Source: Candidatus Methanomethylophilaceae archaeon (GTDB lineage: Archaea > Thermoplasmatota > Thermoplasmata > Methanomassiliicoccales > Methanomethylophilaceae). From it: 64,000 nucleotides of DNA. Position 1 is the stretch's first letter. Every line of letters begins with the position of its first letter. The notes under the pieces are model-generated. The model searched no databases. It was not told where the DNA came from and saw only the letters and a program-made list of their open reading frames with translations. Made by a program: the position numbers and the translations under genes. The DNA is taken from positions 1-64,000 of the forward strand of contig CALUHR010000006.1 of NCBI GenBank assembly GCA_944320495.1. The letters run 5' to 3'. Below are positions 9,931-20,284 of this stretch, one piece after another.

Positions 9931-10695
9931 TCGGAGGAACGTCTCGTTGGGGCGGCGGACCGAGGCGAGGGGTCCGAGCTTCGCCGTCATCGCATCCATG
10001 ACCGGTGCCGGGAGGCCCCTTGCCTTCTCGGGGCAGGCCTTGACGCAGGCCATGCACATGAAGCAGGCCCTCTCGTCGGTGACCACGCCATCGTTCCCGA
10101 TGGCTATCGCGCCCACGGGGCAGGCCTTGGCGCATCTTCCGCACAGGGTGCAACCGTCCGAGGTCGTGGGGTGGGACGAGGCCACGGGGTCCGGCCTGTA
10201 CGGACGGTTGCCCGGGACGGAGGGCACGGCGGAATCGCCTCTGCCGATCTTCGACAGTACCCTCCCGGCGAAGCCGACGATGTCGTCGGCGTCCCTGCCG
10301 TCGGGTCTCCCTTGCCCTACGCTGCGGACGATGGAGTGCTCGGCGATGAAGGCCCCGGAGGCGATGACGGTGAACCCGCGTTCTGCGAGTATGTCGTTCA
10401 ATTCCAGGAGGGCGTCGTCGAACGCCCTGGTGCCGTAGACCACGAGGCTTATCGCGACCCTCCCGTGCCCGTCGACGGAGCGTATGCGCTCGGCGGCCAC
10501 CGGTGGCAGCCTGCCCGCGAACACGGGCGCGGCGAAGACGGCGATCCCGTCCCCGGGGTCGGAGACGGGTTTGTTCGCGCAGAGGTCCACGAATTCGACC
10601 ACGTCGGCCATGGCGTCGGCGAAGGTCCTTCCGACCTCGGCGGTGCCGCCGGTCGGACTGAAGCAGAAGAGGTCCGTCTTGTCTATCATGCGCAT
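9931..10695 (-). CDS. Flavodoxin-fold + 2x[4Fe-4S] ferredoxin protein (EFR1-like, CGA-terminated)
   Basis: FSPTGGT, PVFAGR, VYGTRAFDDAL, CTLCGRCAKACP, CFMCMACVKACP; ends RRPNETFL-CGA. Confidence 0.9.
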
Positions 10696-11126
10696 AGCCA
10701 GATGTTCCGAGCGTATTATGGATGCGGTGCCGGTCCTCAAAGGATAGGATGGCATCTCGACTCATGCATCCGGGTGACGCGATCGGATCGGACATCCGCT
10801 CTGCCAACCCCCATCCATGGAACCGATGGCCTCGGCGTCTTCGCGACAGGGTCCTCATCGGGTCGAGGTTCCGACCATGCCTCACAGCATGGTAATGTCG
10901 ATCCCAAGACACCTTCTCGAGACCGAGACCCAGAGACAGGATCTCCTTTCGGGAACCGCAGGTATCGTCCGTGCGTCCATCTGTCGGCCGGACTCGGGTG
11001 CCCGGCCGGCGCAACAACACGTTCTCTCAAGGATGTGATGCGAACCAACTACGTCAGTGCTGACACATCCCCGTCCGTCATCGTGGGATGGTGTCCTTTA
11101 AGTCGGAGTTCCCGAATCATCATCCC

Positions 11127-12515
11127 ATGGCAGCATCGGTGTCCGACGAGCTCGCGGAGAGGCTCACGCTCCTCCAGAGGAGGATCGTCGACGAGCAGAG
11201 GCAGGTCCTCGTGATCTTCGAGGGCCGCAGCGGGCGCGTGATGGGGCGCGTCATCAACGAGTTCATGAACCTCCTGGAGCCGCGCGGGATGGGCTACACC
11301 CACTTCATACCCGAGTCGATCGACAGCCCCAGGGAGATGCTCAGGTACATCTCCCGCGGACCCGCCAAGGGCAAGATCGGCATCTACGACCGGTCCTGGT
11401 ACTCCTGGCTCGTGGCCACCGCCAACAAGGGGGACGACATCGGGGAGAACGTCGCCACCGCCATGGGCCTGGAGAGGTACCTTTGCAACAACGGCGTCAT
11501 CATGGTCAAGATATTCCTGAACATGAGCGACGAGGTCCTCGACTCACTTGCCAAGACCTACGGTTCCAAGAGCAAGAAGAGCGGGACGTTCCTGACGGAC
11601 GACCACATAGATCCCAAGAAGTGGGACGGGAAGCTCGTCATGCCGCTGATAGCCAGCACGTCGACCGTGCTCGCCCCCTGGGACATCATCAACGTCTCCG
11701 ACCCGGAGGTCACCATGGCCACCGTCGTGCACACGTTCATCTCCAGGGTGGAGCACGTGCTGGAGTTCGGCATCCCGGCGTCCGACGCGAAGGTGGAGTC
11801 CCTCTTCCCCAACCCGAGGAAGGAGGCCGACCTCACCCTGAGGGCCAAGAGCTACAAGGGCGAGCTGGAGGAGCTCTCCCGCGAGGTCTCCAGGATGCAG
11901 ACCAAGCTGGCGGACTCCAAGAGGTCCATGGTCATCGTGTTTGAGGGATGGGACGCGGCCGGCAAGGGGGGCAGCATCAAGCGCCTCGTCCGTGCCATGA
12001 GCCCCAGGGGCTACTACGTGTGCCCCGTCGCCGCGCCCGCCAGGGACGAGAAGCTCCACACCTACCTGTGGAGGTTCTCGTACAACATGCCCAAGAAGGG
12101 CCACATCACGATCTACGACCGCTCCTGGTACGGGAGGATGATGGTGGAGCCCATAGAGGGCTTCTGCACCGAGGAGGAGTACCAGCGCTCCGCCGAGGAG
12201 ATCAGGAACTTCGAGCGCCAGATCCACGACGCCGGCGGCATCGTGATCAAGTTCTGGATGGAGATCAGCAACGAGGAGCAGCTCGCCCGCTTCCAGGCAC
12301 GTCAGGAGAATCCGTACAAGCAGTGGAAGATCACCGACGAGGACTGGCGCAACCGCGAGAAGTGGGACGTCTACCAAGAGTACGTGGACAGGATGATCGA
12401 GTCCACCAACACCGACTACGCGCCGTGGGTGGTCGTCGAGTCTGAGGACAAGAAGTACGGGCGCCTCAAGGTGCTCCGCACCGTGGTCGAGACGCTGAAG
12501 CGCGAACTCGACTGA
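11127..12515 (+). CDS. ppk2: Polyphosphate kinase 2, tandem two-domain (polyP:AMP phosphotransferase type)
   Basis: C-domain VFEGWDAAGKGG, IYDRSWYGR, KQWKITDEDWRNR; N-domain homologous but degenerate. Confidence 0.93.
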   Translation: MAASVSDELAERLTLLQRRIVDEQRQVLVIFEGRSGRVMGRVINEFMNLLEPRGMGYTHFIPESIDSPREMLRYISRGPAKGKIGIYDRSWYSWLVATANKGDDIGENVATAMGLERYLCNNGVIMVKIFLNMSDEVLDSLAKTYGSKSKKSGTFLTDDHIDPKKWDGKLVMPLIASTSTVLAPWDIINVSDPEVTMATVVHTFISRVEHVLEFGIPASDAKVESLFPNPRKEADLTLRAKSYKGELEELSREVSRMQTKLADSKRSMVIVFEGWDAAGKGGSIKRLVRAMSPRGYYVCPVAAPARDEKLHTYLWRFSYNMPKKGHITIYDRSWYGRMMVEPIEGFCTEEEYQRSAEEIRNFERQIHDAGGIVIKFWMEISNEEQLARFQARQENPYKQWKITDEDWRNREKWDVYQEYVDRMIESTNTDYAPWVVVESEDKKYGRLKVLRTVVETLKRELD

Positions 12516-12567
12516 GTTCGTCAATCGACGGTAGCGATATTCGACACGGTTAAATAAGCAACCTCTC

Positions 12568-13272
12568 ATGTTCCACCGAATGGTGGACGAGTTCAAACAG
12601 AGGATAGCCGGCGAGATCGCACTCTCGCCGGACCCCGGCAGGACCATCAGGAAGTGGAGGGAGGAGTTCGGGCTGTCGCAGCATCAGCTGGCAGAGGCCA
12701 TGGGCGTCTCCCACTCCGTAGTGAGCGACTACGAGTCCGGGAGGCGCAAGTCCCCCGGGGTCAACGTCGTCCGTAAGATGGTGGACGCCTTCATCGAACT
12801 CGACATCCAGAACGGTTCCCCGGTCATCTCCAGGTACAACCCCGACTACAAGCTCGACTTCATCATCTCGATGGACGAGTTCGCCGGCGGGGTCCCGATC
12901 GACGACTTCATCAGGGCGATCGACGGGAAGAACCTGAACCCGGACAGGGTGATGTCCAAGTCGGTCTTCGGCTACACGGCCGTGGACTCGATCAAGGCCA
13001 TCCTCAGCCTGGGCTCGGAGGATTATCTGAAGATCTACGGGACCAACACCGAGAGGGCGCTGATTTTCACCGACGTCCACTACGGGAGGTCGCCCATGAT
13101 CGCCGTGCGCGCGCATCCGCTCACGCCGGCGATGGTCGTCTACGTCAAACCCGACGCGATTGACCCCCTGGCCATCAAGCTGGCCAGGCTGGAGGGCATA
13201 CCTCTCGTGACCACCGAGCTATCGGTGGAGGAGATCGTCGGCAGGCTCGATGCGCTCGCGGAGGGGATTTGA
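12568..13272 (+). CDS. XRE-type HTH transcriptional regulator (archaeal COG1709-like)
   Basis: [47 protein letters not shown]. Confidence 0.88.
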   Translation: MFHRMVDEFKQRIAGEIALSPDPGRTIRKWREEFGLSQHQLAEAMGVSHSVVSDYESGRRKSPGVNVVRKMVDAFIELDIQNGSPVISRYNPDYKLDFIISMDEFAGGVPIDDFIRAIDGKNLNPDRVMSKSVFGYTAVDSIKAILSLGSEDYLKIYGTNTERALIFTDVHYGRSPMIAVRAHPLTPAMVVYVKPDAIDPLAIKLARLEGIPLVTTELSVEEIVGRLDALAEGI

Positions 13273-14324
13273 TGGAAGTCGGAATTGTGAGCTACGGGGC
13301 GTACGTCCCGAGGTACAGGATCAAACCCGAGGAGATCGGGAGGATCTGGGGAGTGGACGGCAAGTCCATGGGAAAGGGGCTGATGATCAATCAGAAGTCC
13401 GTCCCGTCCCCGGACGAGGACGTCGTGACCATCGCGACTGAGGCCGCTAGGTACATGATGGACCGCGTGCCCGAGGTGGACCCGAAGGACATCGGGGCCA
13501 TCTACATCGGGTCGGAGTCCCACCCCTACGCGGTCAAGCCAACGTCGACCATCGTCGCCGAGGCCATCGGCGCCACGCCTGCCATGACCGCCGCGGACAT
13601 GGAGTTCGCGTGCAAGGCAGGTACCGCCGGTATCCAGGCGTGCATGGGTCTCGTTGGCGCCGGTATGGTGAGGTACGGTGTCGCCATCGGCTCGGACACC
13701 TCCCAGGGAGCCCCCGGGGACGCGCTGGAGTACTCCGCATCCGCGGGAGGGGCGGCGTACCTCATCGGCTCCGAGAACATCATCGCGAGGATCAACAAGA
13801 CCCTCTCCTTCACCACCGACACGCCGGACTTCTGGAGGCGCGAGGGGCAGCCCTACCCGCTCCACGGCGGCAGGTTCACCGGGGAGCCCGCCTATTTCAG
13901 GCACATAACCTCCGCGGCGAAGATGATGCTCGACGCCATGGGCACCAAGCCCGAGGACTACAAGCACGCGGTCTTCCACCAGCCCAACGGCAAGTTCCCC
14001 ACCAGGGTCGCCGCCATGCTGGGATTCACCCCCGAGCAGATCCAGTACGGCCTGCTCACGCCGGAGATCGGCAACACCTACAGCGGGGCCGTTCCGCTCG
14101 GTCTGGCGAACGTTCTCGACCACGCCGAGCCCGGGGACAGGATATTCGTCACGTCCTACGGATCGGGAGCGGGAAGCGACGCGTTCGACATCACCGTCAC
14201 CGACGCGATCAAGGATTACAAGAGGGACAACGCCCCGGTGCTCGAGAGGATCCTCGAGAACCCCGTGTACGTCGACTACGGCACGTATGCGAAGTTCAAG
14301 GGCAAGATCGTCATGCCGGAGTGA
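13272..14324 (+). CDS. Archaeal hydroxymethylglutaryl-CoA synthase
   Basis: [50 protein letters not shown]. Confidence 0.96.
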   Translation: MEVGIVSYGAYVPRYRIKPEEIGRIWGVDGKSMGKGLMINQKSVPSPDEDVVTIATEAARYMMDRVPEVDPKDIGAIYIGSESHPYAVKPTSTIVAEAIGATPAMTAADMEFACKAGTAGIQACMGLVGAGMVRYGVAIGSDTSQGAPGDALEYSASAGGAAYLIGSENIIARINKTLSFTTDTPDFWRREGQPYPLHGGRFTGEPAYFRHITSAAKMMLDAMGTKPEDYKHAVFHQPNGKFPTRVAAMLGFTPEQIQYGLLTPEIGNTYSGAVPLGLANVLDHAEPGDRIFVTSYGSGAGSDAFDITVTDAIKDYKRDNAPVLERILENPVYVDYGTYAKFKGKIVMPE

Positions 14325-14328
14325 TATC

Positions 14329-15498
14329 ATGAGGGATGTAGCAATCATAGGTACCGGGGTCACCAAGTTCGGCGAGCTCTGGGACAAGTCGTTCAGGGCG
14401 CTCGGCATCGAGGCAGGGATGAAGGCCATCGCAGACGCTGGTCTCGCTGGAGACGAGATCGATGCGATGTACATCGGCAACATGTCCGCGGGGCGCTTCA
14501 TCAACCAGCAGCACATCGACGCTCTCATCGCGGACTACACGGGAATGGCCAGCAGGCACATACCCGCGATCCGCGTGGAGTGCGGAGGGGCCTCCGGAGG
14601 CGTGGCCTTCAGGCAGGCGTACATGGACGTCGCCTCCGGCGTGAGCGACTACGTGGTCGTGGGCGGAGCCGAGAAGATGACCGACATGGACGACGCCGCC
14701 ATCAACTCGGTCCTCGACGCGACGGCCGATGCCGAGTGGGAGGCGGGGATGGGGGTCACCTTCCCCAGCCTCTACGCCATGATCGCCCGCAGGATGATCC
14801 ACGACGGCGAGGCCACCCGCGAGGAGATTGCCTCCTTCGCGGTGAACAGCCACTTCCACGGGGCGCTCAACCCGAACGCCCAGTTCAGGAAGGAGATCAA
14901 GCTGGACACCGTCCTGAGGTCCGGACCTGTCGCGGACCCGCTCGGCGTGTTCGACTGTGCCCCTATCTCCGACGGGGCCGCCGCTCTGGTGCTCTGTCCG
15001 CTGGAGAAGGCCAAGGAGCACACCGACTGCTACGCGAAGATCGCCGCCGTGACGCAGGCGAGCGACACCCTCGCGCTGTTCTCCCGCGGCAGGGACATCA
15101 CCTCGTTCCGTGCCACCCGTGAGGCTGCCAACAGGGCGTACCAGCAGGTCGGAATCACCGCGAACGACATCCAGGTCGCGGAGGTCCACGACAACTACAC
15201 CGTCGCCGGCATCATGGCTCTGCAGGACCTCGGGTTCTTCCCCAAGGGCGAGGCGGGTAAGGCCGTCCTCGACGGCCAGTGCAGGATCGGAGGTAAGATC
15301 GCGATCAACACCTCTGGAGGATTGAAGGCCAGGGGCCACCCCATCGGGGCCACCGGCGTCGCGCAGGTCGCGGAGATCGCCGACCAGGTGAGGGGCCGCG
15401 CCGACAAGCGCCAGGTCGAGAACGTGAAGTACGCCCTGGCGCAGAACACCGGCGGCATCGGTTCCGCTGCCACCGTCACCATCCTGGAGGCGATCTGA
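14329..15498 (+). CDS. Archaeal acetoacetyl-CoA thiolase
   Basis: ECGGASG, VGGAEKM, DCAPISDGAAA, AEVHD, NTSGGLKARGHPIGATG. Confidence 0.95.
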   Translation: MRDVAIIGTGVTKFGELWDKSFRALGIEAGMKAIADAGLAGDEIDAMYIGNMSAGRFINQQHIDALIADYTGMASRHIPAIRVECGGASGGVAFRQAYMDVASGVSDYVVVGGAEKMTDMDDAAINSVLDATADAEWEAGMGVTFPSLYAMIARRMIHDGEATREEIASFAVNSHFHGALNPNAQFRKEIKLDTVLRSGPVADPLGVFDCAPISDGAAALVLCPLEKAKEHTDCYAKIAAVTQASDTLALFSRGRDITSFRATREAANRAYQQVGITANDIQVAEVHDNYTVAGIMALQDLGFFPKGEAGKAVLDGQCRIGGKIAINTSGGLKARGHPIGATGVAQVAEIADQVRGRADKRQVENVKYALAQNTGGIGSAATVTILEAI

Positions 15499-15899
15499 TG
15501 TCATCCGTCGCGAGGGAGTGGAGGGAGATTCCCGGCAGGTACAACCTGGTCGGCACCAAGTGCACCAACTGCGGGAGGATCTTCTTCCCGGCGAGGACCT
15601 TCTGCCCCGACTGCAGGAGGGCCTCCATCGGCAAGATCGAGCCCTACGCGCTGGCGAGGACCGGCACCGTGTACTCGTTCTCGGTCATCCACGAGGCACC
15701 GGACTGCAACAACATGCAGAAGCCGTACGCCGTCGCCATGGTCGAGACCGATGACGGGGTCATGATCGAGGGCCAGCTCGTCGATGTGGACCTGGAGAAG
15801 ATCGAGATCGGCATGCCCGTGAGGGCGGTGCTGAGGAAGCTCGACGCCGACGGCAAGGCCGGCGTCATCCACTACGGCTACAAGTTCGTGCCGCAGTGA
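15498..15899 (+). CDS. DUF35 Zn-ribbon/OB-fold scaffold of the thiolase-HMGCS complex
   Basis: CTNC..FFP.R.FCPDC, YGYKF; operonic with thiolase and HMGCS. Confidence 0.93.
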   Translation: MSSVAREWREIPGRYNLVGTKCTNCGRIFFPARTFCPDCRRASIGKIEPYALARTGTVYSFSVIHEAPDCNNMQKPYAVAMVETDDGVMIEGQLVDVDLEKIEIGMPVRAVLRKLDADGKAGVIHYGYKFVPQ

Positions 15900-15908
15900 T
15901 GAAACTCA

Positions 15909-15939
15909 GGGGGCGGGAGCCCCCATTCTTCCTTTTATT
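15909..15939 (+). terminator. GC hairpin plus T-rich tail
   Basis: GGGGGC-GGGA-GCCCCC then TTCTTCCTTTT, 10 nt after the DUF35 stop. Confidence 0.6.
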
Positions 15940-16067
15940 GTAACTGTTCAAAACCCATCGTCTGGCTCTGCCTGACGGCGGGTCCTGAACAGTAGCTCAT
16001 TCATAACGACAGGATGCATCGAGTTTTGTACCGACTTTGAGGAATCGAACTGAAAAGCATTTTCCTC

Positions 16068-16105
16068 TTTAAATATATATTTAAATTCTGCTACATTTTG
16101 TAGCA
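16068..16105 (+). promoter_or_regulatory. AT-rich promoter with two palindromes
   Basis: TTTAAATATATATTTAAA (16068-16085) and TGCTACA-TTT-TGTAGCA (16089-16105) about 40 nt upstream of the ATPase ATG. Confidence 0.55.
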
Positions 16106-16146
16106 TAAACATAGTCATTTATAGTGAAAAACCATAACTTCTCATC

Positions 16147-17469
16147 ATGTTCAAGACGATCGAGCTGAGGAACTACCGCGTCTTCGACCACGTGGTTTTC
16201 GATCTCACGGGGCCTAGGGATTCCGCCCTGGACTACGCGGTCGTCTACGGGAGGAACGCATCTGGGAAGACTGCGTTGATCAACTCGGTGGAGTTCCTGA
16301 AGGCCGCCACCATCTCGTTTCCGATCCTCATGGACAGTCTGGAGGCCATCAATCCCTCCGATATGGACCGTGTCTTCGTGGAGAACGGCGGCATCAGGGT
16401 AGTAGCCAAGGACATATCTGTGTTCGCAAGATCGAACGTGATGAAGCAGGCCGAATCGCCCATGTCCATGCGCTACAGGTTTGAGGTGGACGGCAGGGAC
16501 GCGGAGTATGCGATGGATTTCTCTCCGGATGGGGGAAGGCTGGTCTCCGAGCGTCTGCGCTACGTGTCCCCGAAGGCCCGGACCGTCGAATACTACTCAG
16601 TGGAGGGGAGGGACGGTTCACCGCTGGTGTCGTTCAATGACAGGGTGTTCCCGAAATCCGAATTCAGGGAATGGGTCGAGAGCCAGGCGGAGCAGTGGTG
16701 GGGCAGGCAGACGTTGCTGTCCATCATCATGTACGGCGCCCTAATCCGCAACAGACCCTACATGGAACGGGAGATGCCCTGCCTGATGAAGGTGGTGGAC
16801 TATATTGATCAGTTGAACTCGACCATGTCCGGATTCGGAGGGGAGGTAGGGGGCAGAATCGAGGCGTCCCCCATGCACGGGTGGATCGGAACGGAAGATA
16901 TGAGGGTCCTGGAGGCGTTTGAGAGCGCCCTGGACCGCTTCATGACCCGTGTGGACCCGGACCTGGAGTCCGTGGGATACGAGACGTGGGAGAGCGAGAG
17001 CGGCCGTGTGGAGTATACCCTGTTCTTTGATAGGCGCATAGCCGGGAGAATCAGGAGGGTCAGGTACATGGACGAGTCATCCGGGGTGAGGAAGCTGGTA
17101 TCACTCTTCCCGCGTCTCCTCGGGTGTGCCAACGGCAGGGTGGCGTTCATCGACGAGATGGACACGGGGATACATGACAAGCTGATGCGCGATCTCTTCA
17201 TGCAGATCCTCCCGGACATGAGGGGACAGCTGATTGTGACTACGCACAACACGAGCCTCATGGAGGGTCTGGACCCCAGGAAGGCGTTCATCATTGAGGT
17301 GGACATGGACGGTGTCAGGAGCATCAATCCGATCTCAGACATCGCTCGGACCCGTAGGAACAACAACAATCGGGACAGGTACATGCGCGGGGATCTGGGA
17401 GGGGTGCCGCACATCTCGTACGTCGACATGGAGAACATAGCGGAGCATCTGAGGGAGGACCTCGATTGA
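16147..17469 (+). CDS. ABC/AAA_21-type ATPase (AbiEii/RloA/AriA-like)
   Basis: YGRNASGKT Walker A, ESSGVRKL signature, FIDEMDTGIH Walker B, QLIVTTHN. Confidence 0.88.
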   Translation: MFKTIELRNYRVFDHVVFDLTGPRDSALDYAVVYGRNASGKTALINSVEFLKAATISFPILMDSLEAINPSDMDRVFVENGGIRVVAKDISVFARSNVMKQAESPMSMRYRFEVDGRDAEYAMDFSPDGGRLVSERLRYVSPKARTVEYYSVEGRDGSPLVSFNDRVFPKSEFREWVESQAEQWWGRQTLLSIIMYGALIRNRPYMEREMPCLMKVVDYIDQLNSTMSGFGGEVGGRIEASPMHGWIGTEDMRVLEAFESALDRFMTRVDPDLESVGYETWESESGRVEYTLFFDRRIAGRIRRVRYMDESSGVRKLVSLFPRLLGCANGRVAFIDEMDTGIHDKLMRDLFMQILPDMRGQLIVTTHNTSLMEGLDPRKAFIIEVDMDGVRSINPISDIARTRRNNNNRDRYMRGDLGGVPHISYVDMENIAEHLREDLD

Positions 17470-18074
17470 GGGCGAACCAGGTCATCATAGCAGCCGGTAG
17501 GTCCGAGGTCATCCTGTTCAACGGCATCTATTCGGCTATGTCGGTGGATGCGGCGGTGTTCAGCAGGAATGGGGGGAGGCAGGGGATATCTATCTCCCAT
17601 CTCCCGCAGATTCTCGCATCCTCACCGTTCGACTCGATCAGGAACGTTTCGAAGGCGTTCCCAGATCATCTGGACTACAATAGGGGGATGATTCCGGGAT
17701 TCCGCATCTTCCCGGTGGTGGACTTCGATGGTGACAATCGCGACGTGCTCCCGTATGTGACGGGCAACTACCTCCAGGGAGTCCCGCTGTCAGGATATGT
17801 CACTCCTATCCTCAACTATCCATGTCTGGAGGGGGTCATGGAGGACATGGGGTACGGAGGACCCGAGGACGGCAACGAAAAGGTCGACTTCTACCACGGT
17901 CTGGTGAGGAAGATTGGCAACAGGGAGGGGATTCTCCAGTTCTATGGGAATCTGGTGGATTGCGAACTGACTAACATGGACCAGGTGCTGTACCACGTGA
18001 TGAGCAGGGTGCCAGCGTTCCAGGACTCGGTGGAGGAGCCGAGGGAGAAGGGATGGGACATTGCAAGAAGGTGA
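17466..18074 (+). CDS. TOPRIM-like partner protein of the ATPase
   Basis: TTG start overlapping ATPase TGA; IIAAGRSE (catalytic-Glu-like) and FPVVDFD (DxD); fold is inference. Confidence 0.65.
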   Translation: MRANQVIIAAGRSEVILFNGIYSAMSVDAAVFSRNGGRQGISISHLPQILASSPFDSIRNVSKAFPDHLDYNRGMIPGFRIFPVVDFDGDNRDVLPYVTGNYLQGVPLSGYVTPILNYPCLEGVMEDMGYGGPEDGNEKVDFYHGLVRKIGNREGILQFYGNLVDCELTNMDQVLYHVMSRVPAFQDSVEEPREKGWDIARR

Positions 18075-18382
18075 CGGCGGCACAGTCCGAGTCCAACGCT
18101 GTTCCCCGTCCAGGCGAGTGGGAGGGATAGCATTCTTCCTTCCCCAAGAGATTCTCAGCCGTGTACTATTCTCGCGAGTTCCATCAACGGTCTCCCAAAT
18201 CGACCTGAGCACAGTGTTTCGGTTTGGGAAGCCGTTGATACCCAACGAAATCGTTCGAACGGGTCTGGTAACCGATAGAAAATCGCCCCATTCCTATCCG
18301 ATTGGCCAAGATGCATGAGAACATGTTCACCTATCCAACGAGAATCGGGATTCGATAGTACACCCGGTTGGGAATTTCTTGT

Positions 18383-20284
18383 TCAGGCCTCAGGGTCGTT
18401 CACGGTCGCACGTATGAGCGACCTCAGATGTTCAGCCATCCCCTTGTTAGTGCAATATACATAACACCCCTTCATCCCGCGTGACATCAGAACCCTGTAG
18501 GTGTTCTTGATGATCCGGTCCGCCACGGCATAGGCCTTGTCCTTATCCTTGTACTTCGACTTAAGACCCTTGAGGGACTGGTCCGTTCTCGCTCTTTTCG
18601 AGGCATCGGTTATCACGGTGCCGTTCTCGAATCTCATGTCATCGCCGATGATGACCCCGACATAGTCGAACTCCAGGCCCTGGCATGTGTGTATGCAGCC
18701 GATCTCGTTCACCGACTCCGGGTCGATGGCCCAGGTCTGGCTGTTCCCGAGGTTCCAGCTCATCCCGAACCCTGTCCCGGGGATGGTAACATCGTGTACG
18801 TCTGGATCGTTCTTCCCCTCGGTGATCCAGTTCCAGCAGTATCCGGCGACCATCCTGGACCTGTTCCTGCCCTCGTTCCTCTCCTCTATCAGACGGCGGA
18901 CCTCGTTGGGGTCGTCGAGAACCCTGAAGTCGTAATCTGGGAAGGACTCCTCGAGGTCCAGGTTCGCGGTCTCATGGACCTGCAGCGCGTTATCGAGCCA
19001 TGCGAGGTAACCGTCGGATCCGGAGCACCTGAACTGCGAATCCAGCTCCATCTCGGTGACCTTGGAACCCATCTGCCGGGCATGCCTCCTGATCTCGTCC
19101 ACAGTGCCTATGTCGTTCAGTGTGACCCTCTGGTCCTCGTCGATGAAGAACACGGACAGTCTGGAGGCGTTGATGATCTCCCTGATCTGGTTCTCGCCGA
19201 GGTTCTGATACAGGCCGCTCTTCTCGTTGAGTCTGTGTGCCTCATCGGTCAGGAGCACATCGAACACGTTCTCCTTTGCATTGACGAAGCTACCGGAGCC
19301 GACGAACAGTTTGTCCACTTTGCTACGTCCGTGTTTCATCCCCTTGAGCTTCTCGCTGTAGACGTTCCTGGGCGCTGCGTTCTTCGATACGTAGAGGGAG
19401 GCGAGGCCCATGGAGGTTATCTCGGACAGGAGGTTCACAGCCAGGACGGTCTTCCCGGTCCCAGGGCCTCCCTTCACGATGATGGTCCTCTTGTCTCCGC
19501 CCTTGGCTATGGTCCTCGCTTGGTGGAGGATATCCTCGTGGACGACCTTCTGCGTGTCCAGCAGTACGAACTCGGGATTCCCACGCATCATCGATGCGAG
19601 AACGTCCTGGAGGGATTTGGACGGCTTGAGCGTCCCGTTCTCGAGGGCGAAGATCGTCTCGCCCCGGTCCCCCTTCTTTATGAATCTCTCCAGGAACGAG
19701 CGGAGGTCGGACCCGTCCCGTTTGGTGAACATCGGGGCCTTGGACAGGTAGTCTGAGTAGATGTCTGACCTCAGGGGGTCAGGGACGGGAGATATGTAGT
19801 TGTGGAGGCAGGCACACGGTGACAGCGTTATGCCGTCTTCCCTGATGCTGGCGTTGAAGTCATCGATGGCCTCGGCGTAGGACCATGCCTGGTAAGAGGG
19901 GTGTGCGACCTCGTGGATCCCGTTGTTGATCATCGTCCTGACGACTCCGTCCCTGTCCGGAACGGCCTCTGCAGAGGACCATTGTTTCAGCTCGATAATG
20001 ACGGCCGAGCCCTTCCCGAGGTCGTTGAGGCCTGTGACGATGAGGTCCACGCGCTTGGAGGTGTATGGGATGCCGTACTCGATTGCGATCCCGGTGTCGT
20101 CCGGGATGTTTGAGGTCCCGATGATGGTGCCCATGTAAGTCAGGGAGTTCCTCCATGCGCGGAGCTCTGAGTCGGGGGTTCTCCTTCCATAGTGTTCGAG
20201 CATGCTCTTCTCGAGCTTCTCGTCGAGCGTGCCATCGACGATGTCGTCGAGGAAGGTCTGTTTGGTCTCGCTGTATATGATCGT
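18383..20284 (-). CDS. DUF2075 (SLFN group-3-like SF1 helicase) with N-terminal PD-(D/E)xK-like domain; ACG start candidate
   Basis: EY...KRVD...IIELKQWS; KGGPGTGKT; DEAHRL; QFRC; GCIHTCQGLEFDYVGVIIG; frame open to ACG-ATC-ATA-TAC at 20284. Confidence 0.88.
   Translation of the reverse strand, partial: TIIYSETKQTFLDDIVDGTLDEKLEKSMLEHYGRRTPDSELRAWRNSLTYMGTIIGTSNIPDDTGIAIEYGIPYTSKRVDLIVTGLNDLGKGSAVIIELKQWSSAEAVPDRDGVVRTMINNGIHEVAHPSYQAWSYAEAIDDFNASIREDGITLSPCACLHNYISPVPDPLRSDIYSDYLSKAPMFTKRDGSDLRSFLERFIKKGDRGETIFALENGTLKPSKSLQDVLASMMRGNPEFVLLDTQKVVHEDILHQARTIAKGGDKRTIIVKGGPGTGKTVLAVNLLSEITSMGLASLYVSKNAAPRNVYSEKLKGMKHGRSKVDKLFVGSGSFVNAKENVFDVLLTDEAHRLNEKSGLYQNLGENQIREIINASRLSVFFIDEDQRVTLNDIGTVDEIRRHARQMGSKVTEMELDSQFRCSGSDGYLAWLDNALQVHETANLDLEESFPDYDFRVLDDPNEVRRLIEERNEGRNRSRMVAGYCWNWITEGKNDPDVHDVTIPGTGFGMSWNLGNSQTWAIDPESVNEIGCIHTCQGLEFDYVGVIIGDDMRFENGTVITDASKRARTDQSLKGLKSKYKDKDKAYAVADRIIKNTYRVLMSRGMKGCYVYCTNKGMAEHLRSLIRATVNDPEA

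Noticed and set aside
10700-11120. Possible ncRNA or tRNA in the 430-nt gap
   Set aside because: No cloverleaf, SRP or RNase P signature recognised; no convincing ORF.
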